From NCBI GenBank assembly GCA_028534125.1, contig CM052832.1, forward strand, positions 6,450,001 through 6,514,000: a DNA stretch of 64,000 bases, in the 5' to 3' direction. Of this stretch, positions 1 through 12,420 are shown piece after piece. Under the pieces are notes generated by a model. The model was not told the origin of the DNA and did not search any database. It saw nothing but the letters and a program-made list of their open reading frames with translations. A program made the position numbers and the translations under genes. Position 1 is the first letter of the stretch. Every line of letters starts with the position of its first letter. The stretch comes from Lama glama. Lineage: Eukaryota.

Positions 1-161
1 CAAAGGTCACTGGTTTTATTCACTGTGCAGACAATGGGTCTGATAGTGTAAGAGTCATCTTGGGGACCAGCGACGGTGGAGGATCCCAACTCAGACACAG
101 CACATCTATGGCAGGGAGGCACATTCTGAAAAGTGGAAGTAGCTCCAACTTTAATGCTCAG

Positions 162-262
162 ACCAAGAGTCCACAAACTCTTCCTGTAAAGGACCGGATA
201 GGAAATTTTGTAGGGTTTGTAGTACAAAAGGCAAAATCAAGACTATTCTGTAACAAAAGAGA
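162..262. mobile_element. MER58-like hAT-Charlie DNA transposon fragment
   Basis: 'acaaactcttcctgtaaaggaccggataggaaattttgtagggtttg' resembles the MER58 terminus (CAAACTTTTTCTGTAAAGGGCCAGATAGTAAATATTTTAGGC). Boundaries approximate. Confidence 0.5.
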
Positions 263-739
263 AACTCCTGCTCTGTTTAGCAGGGGTGGGCCATCCTGGG
301 GGAGGAAGGGTTGTTGGTGGTGGGTAAGCACACTTTGTGCCCAGAAGCCTTAGCTGGAGGCATCTTCAGGGCACAGGATGTGTTTCATCTCTTGCTTGTT
401 TGAGTAGAAAAATGTTACACTGGAGCATTTGGTCATTGACAAAACAAGATGGCAAATAGAAGCTCTAGAAGGATTCCGACCTGCAGGTGTCACGAAAAGT
501 CACACCATTTTCAGAAGCAGTGTCTCACACAAGCCTTTAAGCAGGTTTATGCATAAATCAACCCCATCTGTTTCACACTTGAGTTCATATCAAGGAAATT
601 CCGCAACTTCTCATGAGAAAGTTGCAATTCAAGTAGAAGTTTTCAATGGGGAGCCAGAGTATTTGCTGAGAAATTGACAAACTGATTCTAAGATCTAATC
701 TGGAAATGCAAGGGGCTCAGAATAGCCAAAACAATCTGG

Positions 740-2226
740 AACAAGACGAACAAAGGAGGAGAGCTCACACCTCCTGGTTTCTAAACTTTCCACAAAGCTA
801 CGGTAATCGAGACAGTGTGGTACAAAGTACACCGTGTGGCACAGAGTTAGACACATAGAGCAATAGACTAGAATTGAGAATCCAGAAATCAACCCTCACA
901 TTTACAGTCAATTGCTTTCAAAGGTGCCGGGAAAATTCAGTGGGGGATGAATAGTCTTTTCAAATGGTACTGACATACTTGGATGGCCACCTACAAAAAA
1001 AGGAAGTTGGTTCTCTACGCCGTGCCATCTACAGAACTTAACATAGATCACAGACAATATAAGACCTAAAACTAAACCTTTAAGAAGAAAACATGGGAGT
1101 AAATCTTCCACACAGTGGGTTAGGCAATGATTCGTAAGTGTGACAACAAAAGCTCAAGGAATAACCAAACAATTACATAAATTGCATTTCACCAAAATTA
1201 AAAATTTTGTTCTGTAAATGATACTTTGAGAAAGTGTAAAAGCAACTACAGAATTGGTGACAATATTTGGAAATCATATGTCTGATAAGGGACTTGCATC
1301 CAGAGTGAATAAAGAACTCCTACAACTCGACAATGAAAAAAAAAAAACTCAGTTAAAAATAGTCAAAGAATATAAACAGAAGTTTTTTTCCCAAAGGATA
1401 CAAAGCCAATAAGGACACGAAAAGATGCTCAGCATCGTTAGTCAATAGGGAAATGCAAAACCACAGTGAGACACCACTTCACAACCGCTAGGATGGCTAT
1501 CATTAAAAAGACAAAAAAAAAAAAAAGAGAGAGACAAACAGCAAAAAGCATGAGAATGTGGGGGAACTGGGATCCTCATGCACTGTGGTGGGAATACAAA
1601 ATGGTGCAGCCAGTTTGGAAAGCAATTCGGTAACTCTTCAAAAGGTTAAACATGGAGTTATCATACGACCAGTAATTTCACTCCTAGTGTAAACCGAAAA
1701 GAACTGAAAACATATGTCCACACAAAAACATGTACACACATGTTTATAGCAGCATCATTCATAATAGTGAAAAAGTGGAACCAATCCAAATGTCCATTAA
1801 TGGATGAATGCCTAAACAAAACGTGGGGTATTCATACACTGGAATAGCATTTGACAATAAAAAAAGATGAAGCACTGATACATGCTACAACATGTATGAA
1901 CCTTGAAAACATGCTAAGTGAAAGAAGCCACTCACAAAAGACCACATAGTGTATGAGTCCATGTACGTGAAACGTCCAGAATAGGCAAATTTATAGAGAT
2001 AGAACACAGATTATTGGTGGCCTAGGACTGGGATGAGGTGGGGGAGGGGGAAAGGATTGCTCAGGAGCATAAAATTTCTTTTTGGGGTGATGAAATGTTC
2101 TAAAATTAGGCAATGGAGGGTGATGCTTTCACAACTCTGAATATATTAAAAAGCACTGAACAGTGTACTTTAAAAGAGATGAATTTTATGGTGTGTGAAT
2201 TGTATCTCAATAAAGCTGTTTTAAAA
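740..2226 (+). mobile_element. Old L1 (L1MB/L1MC-like) ORF2 end plus 3' UTR, degenerate
   Basis: Typical L1 motifs 'caaagctacggtaatcgagacagtgtggtac', 'gagaatccagaaatcaaccc', 'aaatgtccattaatggatgaatg'; ends 'gtgtgaattgtatctcaataaagctgtt'. Confidence 0.85.
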
Positions 2227-2499
2227 TAAGTGATACTATTAATTAGCTTTCTTTTATTAAAAAAAATTGTTGAAAACATACAATTCATCAGCCTACCACT
2301 AACTACAAAAATTTAGCAAAATTTCCTACACAAGAATCCTCATACATTTACTTAAGTGCACTTGAATTTCCATCTTTCTCATTACAGGTGTCTCAATGTA
2401 AAAAAAAAGTAGCCAGTAAATCAAAGTTTTAATAAACATGAATGGTTTATAATAACGGCAGTAAACATTGGAAGATAGAGGTAATGTAAAAATACTTAC

Positions 2500-2570
2500 T
2501 GTCTTGTTTGAAAGCTGCAGCCCTCGGGGCTAGCTGCCTGTCTTGTTGTGTTCACACCATGGAAACCGAC
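2500..2570 (-). other. ANKRD66: Candidate first (non-coding) exon and promoter of ANKRD66; 5' boundary uncertain
   Basis: Minus-strand donor AAGACA|GTAAGTAT at 2500/2499 in unique sequence, with an RFX-like half X-box (GTTTCCATGG, 2557-2566). Synteny places ANKRD66 head-to-head with PLA2G7. No ANKRD66 coding sequence is seen in the window. Confidence 0.35.
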
Positions 2571-5446
2571 CCCTCCTTCATTAAAAGCCTCCAATCGAGG
2601 TCAGCCTCACTAGGTGGTGACCAACCAGGCTTGGGGACTGCCCTCTGCTCGCACTGAAAATGTTCAGCAATTCCAGTCCGCTTCTGCAGTCCCAAGAGGG
2701 TTCTAGGCGTGTTCTTTTGGAAGAGCATTTGATCTAAAAACATGAAAATTGAAAACAATTTCCGGGACACTGTGAAGGAGGTCAGCTGTTTGGTAACCGC
2801 CGTGGAGTCATGGAGACCACGTGCACCCCTCCCATTCAGAGCCCACTGTGGGATCTCAGGCAAGGCCCTTAGCTTTGCTGAGCCAATCAAACGAAGTTTT
2901 AACATCCTTCTCATTGGGATATGAGAGATGAGCAGCTGAAATCATTTATAAAGCACCTGGCACAGCGTAGAGGGAGGAAGGGAAGGAGGGAGGGAGAATT
3001 TAGGTGCTTCCCTCTTGCTTTCTCTTTTGGCTCCTTTACTCCAAGCAGTAGTATCCTTGTGATGATGCTGGATCAAATATTTGTGTCAACTCACCAAGCA
3101 GATGTCATAAGCCATTAATAGTTCAAGACGCAGACTTTAAAAACATCATCCTCAGGTCTTCTAAACTCAATATACAGAGAATTGTGTTCTACAACCTGTT
3201 CCTTTCCCCTGATTTCCTTTCTCCGTTGATGGCTCCATCATCGACCTGGTTTCCCCAGATAGAAATCTCAGGGCCGATTTGGACTCATTCCTCTTCTTTA
3301 TCCCTTGCGTCCATTTCTTCCTTGTTCGTTCTCTCTCAAGTAGATCTTCCAGTCTCAATTCCCTGTCACTATCCTGTTTTATATCATCTTTTGCCTAATA
3401 GCCTCCTAATTCTTCCCCTGCTTTTGGTTTCTCCAACATCAGTTCACCTTTTTTCAGTACCAAATTGTCTTCCAAAAATGCTACTGCTCTGCTTAAAACA
3501 CTGATGGTTCTCCATTGCACCATGATATTTTTCATTCATTCGGAAAACATCTATTGGGCAACTGCTGTGGGCTGGGCTCTGTACTGGATGCAGGGGAATA
3601 AAAATGACACAGCGTCTATCCTGAAAGAGCTTACAGTCCAAACTCCACTGCGTTACTCAGAAGACCCCTTCAGTAGCTCCAGCTCACCTTTTCACCTTTC
3701 CTGCTGCTCCAGCCTATCTCTGCACCCGGGGCTCTGGTCACAGTGGAGGACTGGACACCTCCAAGGGATATCCTTCACTTTCGGGCTCCCGTGCCTTGGC
3801 TCATGCATCCCCACATTCTGTAGCAGGCCTCCCTCTTCCTTCTAGATGGACTCCTGCTCATTCTTGAAAGCCCCTGTCTTGGGGAAGCCTTCCTTTTCAC
3901 AGATTCCTATTCTTAAAACGTTTTAAATGTTTCATCAATGTAACCATGTGCATATTCCAGATAGTTAAATAGTAGTGTAGGACTAAAAGAGAAAAGCTAG
4001 AGTCTCTGACCTCAGCCCATCCCGACCCCAGTCCAATTCCCCGAAGATAATCACTCTTTGCTTTTTAGAGGCTGGTGATCTCCATATTTTGAAAATAGTA
4101 ACACTGTATTATTATTTCTCAGTGTATCACCTCAGGCACTGTCTAATTTCTACTAGGAGAGTGAGCATCTAGCTCATTACACCCTGATCCTATCTTTTCT
4201 CCTCCCTAACCCTCCACCACATCTCTCCTCTGCAAAGTAGCTATGCATCCAGACCTTTATTTCCTGTCCTACAAACTACAGACAGTACCTCTTGACTTTC
4301 TAAAATGAGACCCTCAGTAATCCAACCTTGTCTCCACCCACTCCTCGCTTCCACCTCCTTACCCATGATTCTGCATTTAAAAAATTAGTCATATTTATAT
4401 TCTCTTGTATAATCATAGTTATTCTTCCTTGGCTTGTTTGTAAGGTGATTCTAAAGGTTGAAAATCCATAAGCGTGTTTGTGCTATTAGACTACATGGAT
4501 ATTGCTCCCCAGAGTCTGGTGGGGTGCTCTGACGCTCATACATTCTTCTCTGGGCCATTCTGAGAAGTCTGTTTGGGGACTGCAAGTTTGACGGAGTCTG
4601 TTTCTTGCATAGTACACAGTAGCTGAAAACTCAAGCCATTTTGGGTCATGTCACACTCGCATCTTGCCTTTCCTGGGCGTTTTCCTCCTCAGAGTTCTTA
4701 GTTTTAACTTTACATCTTTTTATTTTAAATTTAAGGAATGTAATCTTTTACTGTTTCCCTTTGCATTCAATTACCCTCTAAGGGCCTCAAGGGTTCCCAA
4801 GTTCCCAATCACACTTTCAGTTACACTGAATCCCACAGTTGTCTCCAGTTTAATTACTTCCATCAGGATGGTTGATTTCCAGGCCAAGGCACGGCTGTCA
4901 CCCTGGGGCTTCCCTCCTCCGCTCATTGGCAGCAGAGCCGCTTTTCCTTGGATCCTGTGCAGTGAGGATGCCTTTCACTTCCACTCTTTCTAAGGAGACT
5001 TAATAACTCATTTCTTGGAAACCCCACCATTCTGTACTTATCTACATGGGCCCCCTCTCTCTGTTGTTATTTCCTTAGCCTCCAGGATGTGTCTTAGTCA
5101 TCCTTGAAATGGTCCCTGACATTTACTTTGCCCTTGATAAACACTGTCTGAAAGCACTATTGAGCACACTAGTATGATTTATTCCAATATCTTGATTGAG
5201 GAGAGAGTCATCATTTTTACTTGTGTGAAACAGGAAATATGCACTGTTATGCTGATGGGAAATGAGAGTGAGGATTAAGAGATAAGAGCTCAACAAAGAA
5301 TCAACTTATAAACACAAGTACATTATTTTTTTCTTCCCCATATTAAACAAAAACAAAACCCACATCAGACCCACCTTATACTCTGTCTATGTCGACTTGC
5401 TGTCCTTTTGTTCTGTGAGGCCCATTCTTTATTAATGTCACTGGAC

Positions 5447-5637
5447 TAGGGTTGCCAGATAAAATTGCAGGATGCCCAGTTAATTTGAATTTCAAAGAAA
5501 CAACACATAATGTTTTAGTGCCCATAGGTTTCAAATATTGCATGGTAGCTACTTATACTAAAATCTTTTTGTGGTTTATCTGAAACTCAAATTTAATTGG
5601 GTGCCCTGCATTTCACTTGCTAAATCTGGCATCTGTA
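5447..5637. mobile_element. MER53 palindromic hAT MITE
   Basis: Starts 'tagggttgccagataaaattgcaggatgcccagttaatttgaatttc' and ends 'ttgctaaatctggcatctgta'; the two arms are imperfect inverted repeats. Confidence 0.85.
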
Positions 5638-6039
5638 CACTGGGCACCTTCTCAGGACACTAACCAGCTAACTGCCAACCACTCTGACATCCTCAGAGAA
5701 TGTGATCTGATGACAATGGGAGAAGACACAGATCTTGCATTGAAAAAAAGCAAGAAAATATTTCAAACTTGCCTTTAAGACCTGCTTTCAAAGCCCATCA
5801 CCTTTTCAGGCATGATGCTGAGTCTCCTGAATCTTCATCTGGTCTTAAGATCAGAGGGAGGAGGTTCTTAGAGACTTCTGGGGTAGGGTAGCATGTACCC
5901 TCTTAGATTAATATTCTAAGGCAGTTTATTTCATAGGAGGTTAGCCCAGGAAGTACAGGGAGCTGTCATTCGGCTGAGATAGTTTTATTTAAACTTTCAT
6001 CTCTTGTTAGGTTTAAATAAGTCACTGCGTCTTTAAAGA

Positions 6040-6260
6040 CAATAACATTCAATAACATCGTGAGTGCTTTCCAGGTGTCAGGCTCTGTCCTAAGCATTTC
6101 ACATACATTTGCATTTCATTCTCACAAGTTGCCTCTGATTAATGTACCTTGTCTCCTTTTTACCAATGAGGAAACCAAGAAGCTGAAAGGATAAAGAACC
6201 TGCCCAAAGTCATGCCACTAATAAGTATGAGAAAAGAGCTACAATCCTTGCCTTTTTTGG
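6040..6260. mobile_element. MIR SINE fragment
   Basis: MIR core 'ttttaccaatgaggaaaccaagaagctgaaaggataaagaacctgcccaaagtca'. Confidence 0.7.
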
Positions 6261-6779
6261 ATACAGTCCTCAGAATAAAAATAAAATACATTTTACCTAC
6301 AGTCCTGTCAACCTTGCCAAAGAGCGCAAAAAAAATTTTAAAAATCACTATTTAAAAATTAATATTTTTTATTAGAAAGTGGATTGAGGAGAAAGGATCG
6401 GAAAATGAAGGAAGGAATTTCAGTTCAACCCCAAAGAACTAGGTTCAACTGGACCACCAGATGGCCCCTTTTTACATCATTTCCCCCAAGTCATAAAATT
6501 CTTCCTGATTGCCGTTAATTGTATGTCCCCCGAGAAATGAAACTAACCCGGTGGTGGGCCTGCCAACCCGGAGCAACGTCCACATGATTCCTGAGTTGGT
6601 GTCCAGTCCAAAACATAGGAAAGTGGAATGCCTAGGGCATTGCAGATTACAGGAGGAAGCCGAGTAAACGAGGATTTAGTGAAACAAGCAAGATTTACTT
6701 GATAGGGTGGGGGCGGGGGTGAATGAAACGGGTCACATCTGATCAGAATCGGGTCTGAGTACAGGAGCTGGAGCTACAG

Positions 6780-7420
6780 CCCCCGCCCTCCGCACCTCTG
6801 GGTCCGTGCTGGGGCGGGTTAAGTTAACCCGCGGGCCCAGGGCGCGGACCCCGGGCCTGGGGAGGGCGCTGTGTGCGCAGAGCTCTCTCGGGTCGCGGCG
6901 CCTCCGCTAGTGGGCGGGGGTAGCCGTGGCTCCGCCCCGTCGGTCCTCCAGCGGCGCCCGGGGAGGTCAAGGTTGGGGCTACCAGCTTGCTCCGGCCGGA
7001 AGGAGAGCGAAACGGTCGCGCAGCACCCCCGCCCGCCGCTCGCTGCCCCGCGGCCATGGTGACTCAGTGACCCGGCCGGCGGAGCCCGCGGTGCCGGCAG
7101 CGAGCAAACAGCCGGCGGGGCTGGCGCGCGGGGTCTGGGTTCCCACGAGCAGCTCGCCGCGGCGCCCAGGTGAGGAGGGACCCCGGGGCGGGCGGAAGCC
7201 CGGGGGCGGCCCCGGGCTGGGGGAGCTGGGGGACTGGAGGGGCTAGAGGGGCTAGAGGGGCTGGGGAGCTGGGAAGTTGGGGGATGAGAGGATGGAGGAT
7301 GTGGGGGCGGCGGCGATTAAGCAGGTTGGGGGCCTGGAACCGCACCGCACCGCACCGCCTCCGGGCCGGAGCTGGGCTCACCGACCCCGCCGCCCTCCGA
7401 ACAGCGCTGGGGCCTTTGCA
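6780..7420 (+). promoter_or_regulatory. PLA2G7: PLA2G7 CpG-island, TATA-less promoter
   Basis: Dense CpG/GC region with GC boxes (ccccgccc ~6781, gggcgggg ~6912) and an AP-1 site TGACTCA at 7060-7066; lies 11 kb upstream of the ATG exon. Confidence 0.8.
6990..7169 (+). other. PLA2G7: PLA2G7 non-coding exon 1 (start approximate)
   Basis: Donor CCCAG|GTGAGG at 7169/7170. 'gttcccacgagcagctcgccgcggcgcc' resembles the end of human PLA2G7 exon 1 as I recall it. Confidence 0.7.
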
Positions 7421-8216
7421 GGGAGGGTGATAGAATTCGAACCCAGTTCTCCCAAACCTTTTCCCCGGGAAGCAACCTTAAGAATTCGATGCTAAAAGGG
7501 AATCAGACCGGGGGACCCAGGAGCACCGGGAGTTTTCTTATCTCTGGGCCTCTCATTAACCCAAAACAAGCAAACACGCACGCACCTTCGTCTGGAGTGT
7601 TGCTTCTGGAAGAAGCCCAGTTCTGAGTAGCTGCCTAGCTGCCGTAGATCAGAATCCTAAGAGCAAAGCCGTACCTCCTCCGCTCCGCTCACTCGCTCCA
7701 CCCGTCCGGGAGCTCCCCGCTGCCGCCCAGATAAACTTGCGGCTGCTCGACCCTGAATGAGAGGGAGGCTGGTTTTTAAAAAGTCAGACAAAACTAGGGA
7801 GTAAAGAACACTCTCTTCTCCATCATCCCGCGGAACCTCTAGTAGAAGTTTCTATCTCCAAAACCGAAAAGGTTAAGTTCTCATTCAGGCCGGTGCTTCT
7901 TGGGGTGGCTGTGAGAGGAAGAAGCGGGGAGAGGCGCGTGATGCTCATAAAAGGATTCTGGCCGCCTTTGAAGGACACAGGAGTTCTGGTTTGGGAAGGA
8001 TTTGTGTTAACTAATCAGTCTTCCACAAATTACCTTTGACCTCAGTAAGAATGCTGAGCTGGGAGATTGCTCTGTGAGTAGGAGCTGGGAAATGTATGCC
8101 TTAAAAGTGTTGGCAATCCCCGGAAGGTTCAGGACCCAATCTTGGGCCAATGGAGCTCTGAGTTGCAAGGGCATTAAGTGTTGGTTGGTCTGGTTCCTAA
8201 GAAGGAGATGGCCTTC

Positions 8217-8235
8217 TGGCCACCAGGGGGCACTG
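8217..8235 (+). promoter_or_regulatory. CTCF consensus motif in PLA2G7 intron 1
   Basis: TGGCCACCAGGGGGCACTG versus consensus TGGCCACCAGGGGGCGCTA (17/19). Confidence 0.7.
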
Positions 8236-9329
8236 GTGAGCTGCCAGCACCGGCTGATTTCCTCGCGGAGGGAGTTCTGGGAGCTCTGCAGAAGCTGGTC
8301 AGGGAACCCCGGACTTGGTGGTCTCCAGCTGTTGCATTACTCATCCCCCTCGGGCCCTGAGCCGTCTCTCCCCTCCCCAGACGTTTGTGCAGCAGTTGCT
8401 GCCGTGGCCAGCGAGCTGATGCCCTCTGCACTGACCTGGGCCCTTGGTTCTCAAGGCTGACACCACAGTCTTTGCCAGACTGTTGGAGCCACTGAGGATG
8501 AAGGACCAGCAGAGTTGAGGGGGATGTTAATCTGGGTCAGCCACTCTTTTGACAGTTGAGAAGTCCAGAAATCCTTGCTAAGATGTGAAAGGGCTTGCCT
8601 AGCACCCCAGGGAATTTCCTACGAGCAGAACCCTGTTTCCTCACTTCCTCTATACTGTGTTTGTGTGCTTTGCAAAGCGGCGAGGAATATGTGTTCCTTT
8701 CCCCAGGGAGGTGTGCGGACAGACGAATCCACTTCACCGCCCTCTCTGAGGCTCTCGGCTTTATACATCAAGGAAAGGGCTGGTGAGGGACCCCTGGGAA
8801 TGTTGGCTGGAATTAGAACTCTATTCCTTCCCTGACACCTTAGAATAAGTTGTTTCCCAGAAAGGAAGGTGATCATCATACTTGTACCTTGGTTCATCAT
8901 AAGCCTGAATTTTCTTTCAAGACCTTTGATAACGGGCTTGACTGACTTCTTGAGAAGTTGAGAAATTTCCGTAAAAGTGAAGCACTGGATAGAAAGTAGT
9001 GAGTGAAGAGAAATTAATGGGGAATATGTAGCTCTAAAATCGTCTTGTTCTAGAATTTCCAGAATTCTGAGAAAGCTCTGTCGTTTGAAGCGACAGTTGT
9101 TGGGTTCTGACTGCCTTTGTCTATCAAGTCAGGCACCTGGTCTGGGCCCTCATTGTCACTTTGCTCCATTTTGCTGGAGTGATTCATAACACACTGATAG
9201 ATACAGTCTAATATATATAGGCTTATAGTTCAACAAAATAAACTTAGCAATCGGAGAGAGAAAAGTCTACTATACAAACAGATACCCATTGAATTAAGTG
9301 GGCTGGTGGATTCCTAGTGCAAGCTTAGT

Positions 9330-9960
9330 TTATCCTTTCATTGACTTTGGGACATCCTTACTGAGCACCTGCGGTGCCAAGCACCACGTCCACAGCAGAG
9401 AGCAGGGCAGATGCGGTCTCTGTTCTCAGAGTTCACATTCTAGAACTGACGGACGAACGGGGTAAATTCAGAAAGTACTAGATGTTTTGAAGAAAGGAAA
9501 CAGAGTGTTGTGGTAGAGTATTGTTGACGGAGTGTGTGTGTGTGTGTGTGTGTGTGTGTCAAGCTGGGGAGGGATGTTGGCTTCTTGGATTGGGTTTTGA
9601 GGAGAGACTTTTCTGAGACATGGCTTTGGGACGAGCCCCTGGAAGATGAGCATTTGGTTCTGGTGGACGGAACCACAGCCACATAGTGCTGGGGCCAAGC
9701 TCAAAGTGTCCCAGGCACAGCTGGAGGGCAGCATGTCTGGAGGAGGGGAGGAAGGAGGGAGGCAGAGGGATGAGGTTGAGGGGCAGGGATCCAGGTCATT
9801 CAGAGCCTTGGAGGCTGGGGTAAGCAGTCTGGACTTCAAGTGCAGTGGGTGGCTTAGAGCAGAGGCGTGATGTGATAGATTTACACTTTTTTCAGGGCTT
9901 ACTCTGGTGCTCTCTGGAGGATGGATTTTATAGGAGAAGAGGACAGGAGGGGAAAATAGC
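9330..9960. mobile_element. L2 LINE fragment containing a (GT)n microsatellite at 9531-9559
   Basis: L2-type 'tactgagcacctgcggtgccaagcacc...ctctgttctcagagttcacattctag' and 'tgatagatttacactttttt...actctggtgctct'. Confidence 0.65.
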
Positions 9961-10023
9961 TCCAGGTTTATTTATTATGTTGACCTAGGGGAGGATGGGT
10001 GCAGTCGGTGGACAGAAGCTGTG

Positions 10024-10571
10024 GGGTTTTTTTTTTTAATATGTATTTATTGAGGTATAGTCAGTTTATAACATTGTGTCAATTTCTGGTGCACAGCACA
10101 GTACTTCAGTCATATAGGAACATACATATGTTCATTTTCGTATTCTTTTTAATCATATGCTACTACAAGATACTGAATATAGTTCCCTGTGCTATACAGT
10201 ATAAACTTATTGTTTATCTATTTTATATATAGTAGTTAGTACCTGTAAATCTCGAACTTCCAGTTTATCCCTTCCCACCCTCTTCCCATCCTGGTAACTA
10301 TAAGTTTGTTTTCTATGTCTGTGAGTCTGTTTCTGTTTTGTAAATGTTTGTCTTTTTTTTTTTTTTTTAGATTCCACATATGAGTGATATCATATGGTAT
10401 TTTCCTTTCTCTTTCTGGCTTACTTCACTTGGAATGACATTCTCCAAGTCCATCCATGTTGCTGCAAATGGCATTATTTTATTCTTTTTTTCTGGCTGTC
10501 TAGTATTGCATTGTATAAATATACCCAACTTCTTTATCCAGTCATTTGTTGATGGACACTTAGGTTGTTTC
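10024..10571 (-). mobile_element. 5'-truncated lineage-specific L1 (3' end) with target-site duplication
   Basis: Poly-T then L1 3' UTR ('atagttccctgtgctatacag', 'agattccacatatgagtgatatcatatggtattt'); flanked by CAGAAGCTGTG at 10013-10023 and 10572-10582. Confidence 0.9.
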
Positions 10572-11882
10572 CAGAAGCTGTGTTTTTAATGTTTCTCAAA
10601 TTTCCTTCTACATCATGGAGATGACCTTGCTACATCTGGCCCACTTGTCTTATAAAAACAAGCTAAATGAATATGCTCTTAAAAGTAATGTGAGATTTTA
10701 TTACTGTTGTTATTTATTAATATTCTGCTACTTTCAATTCCCTGTACTTCATTTTCAAAGATTTTATGACAATTCCTATGTCTATTTCTTTATTCTTTTC
10801 AATAAATATAATTTATTATATACATAAAAAATATTTTGCTCTGCTCAGAGTTTTGGAAAACCTTAACCAAGAGTTACCAATAAAACGCACCCTCGTAGAA
10901 TGCAGGGAAATGAATACTAATGCAATAGCTGACGTGCTTTTGAAACTTGAAAGTGATCAGATAAAATTCAAAGGAGAAGCTGGAAACTGAAAAAAAGAAT
11001 TTTTTTTTTTAAGTTAGCAGATTTGCCTTTGTTCTGGGTGTGGGGGTGCAGACATCCAGGAGTGCAAAGATCTGTTGATAGTTGGAAGTTTATATGTGGC
11101 AGCAGAATTTCCGGAGAGGGCTGTGAACCAGAGTTGAATAGGATTGTTTCCCTTAGTGAAGCAATCTCTCTCAGAGGAAACCTGAACTTTCCCTAGTTGA
11201 TGACTGACTAAATTTTAGAGGGCCAGGCGAGAATTTCAAAGTTGTTTACCAACTGGGGTAGGCCTGACCTTCTCAGTGGCGGGACAACCAACTGCCACAG
11301 TGAGGCAACCCTGCTTCTCTTTCCTGCTTCATTTTGACATGCAACTTACTAGAAAGAGATGCATCTGCTTAGAAAAAAACAGAGGTCCTTCTTCCTTCAC
11401 ATCATGTACAGTGATGTGTACAGTGAAGATGCAGATCTTAGTGACTGAATGGTCCCCTGGTTCTCTTCCCCTGCTGGACCCCATTAATTATTTGTTGGTC
11501 GGTGTGTCTGAATTTCAGCTTGAAGTGGCCAGGCTGGCGGTTCAAATTGCAGACAAGATGTGACAGTGGTTAGGGCATCTTTAAGGGAGAGGTTAGTTTC
11601 TCCTGGAGGCCACAGATCTATTCTGTTTGACTTATATAATGTTTGGAAATGTTGAATGAGCTGCCCTCCTTTACAAGTCAGTATATTTTACATACAAATA
11701 TAGTGTCCCAGCTTTGGGAAAAAAATGAACTTCTGGTAACGTGAAACTCTCATTCCTGCATGGCAGCCATCAGCTGGAGTAGGGTTGGACCCTTTCCGAC
11801 GGTCCTATCTGCCACAGTTCCCAAGTCTGCGTTCTCTGTTACACAGGTCCTGCTGGGCTCATGTAAGTTACCTGGCTGGTAA

Positions 11883-12420
11883 TGTTAGCGGATGGGGAAG
11901 CCCCCTAAAAACCCGTCTTCTGGCCATGAGAGAATTCACAGTGGAGACAGAGGGCAGAGTGAAAGCCGCTTTATTGCTCAAAAAAAAAAAAAAAAGGAAA
12001 AGAGGGAAAGACAGTTGAGTGAGGGAGGGGTAAGCCCAGGTGTGTTGACCCGAGTAACTCCCCCTTCTGGGGTCCTTTTTTCTGTCTTGTTTGGTGCTTC
12101 TTGTCCTCTTTCCATTGGCTGCTCTTTTCCTGCATGCTTTCCAGTTCTGCTCTGTGGAACAGTCTGCAAAAACACAATCAGGTAACTAAGGACCTTCAGG
12201 CAATGTGATCAGGCTAGCGAGACCCTTAAACAGTGTGGTTACATATATTAAATCGAGTCAGGGCTTTGTGTTTCCACAAAGCAGCCTTTTCCATTCCCCA
12301 AGCAAAAGTATTTCCTAAGGCCAACTCTACGTTAATTTTAAACAGATTCATTTTAAACCTTCAGAGAAGTCTCTAGACAAAAGGTCCCAGGTTCAGTTTC
12401 CTAGCTCCTCACCTCCTTCA
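11883..12420 (-). mobile_element. Solo ERV1-type LTR (538 bp) antisense in PLA2G7 intron 1
   Basis: TG...CA termini; 4-bp TSD GTAA at 11879-11882 and 12421-12424; minus-strand AATAAA at 11970-11975, ~90 nt from the LTR 3' end. Confidence 0.8.

Noticed and set aside
6824..7495. Cluster of ORFs at the PLA2G7 promoter
   Set aside because: CpG-island stop-codon depletion; no coding signature.
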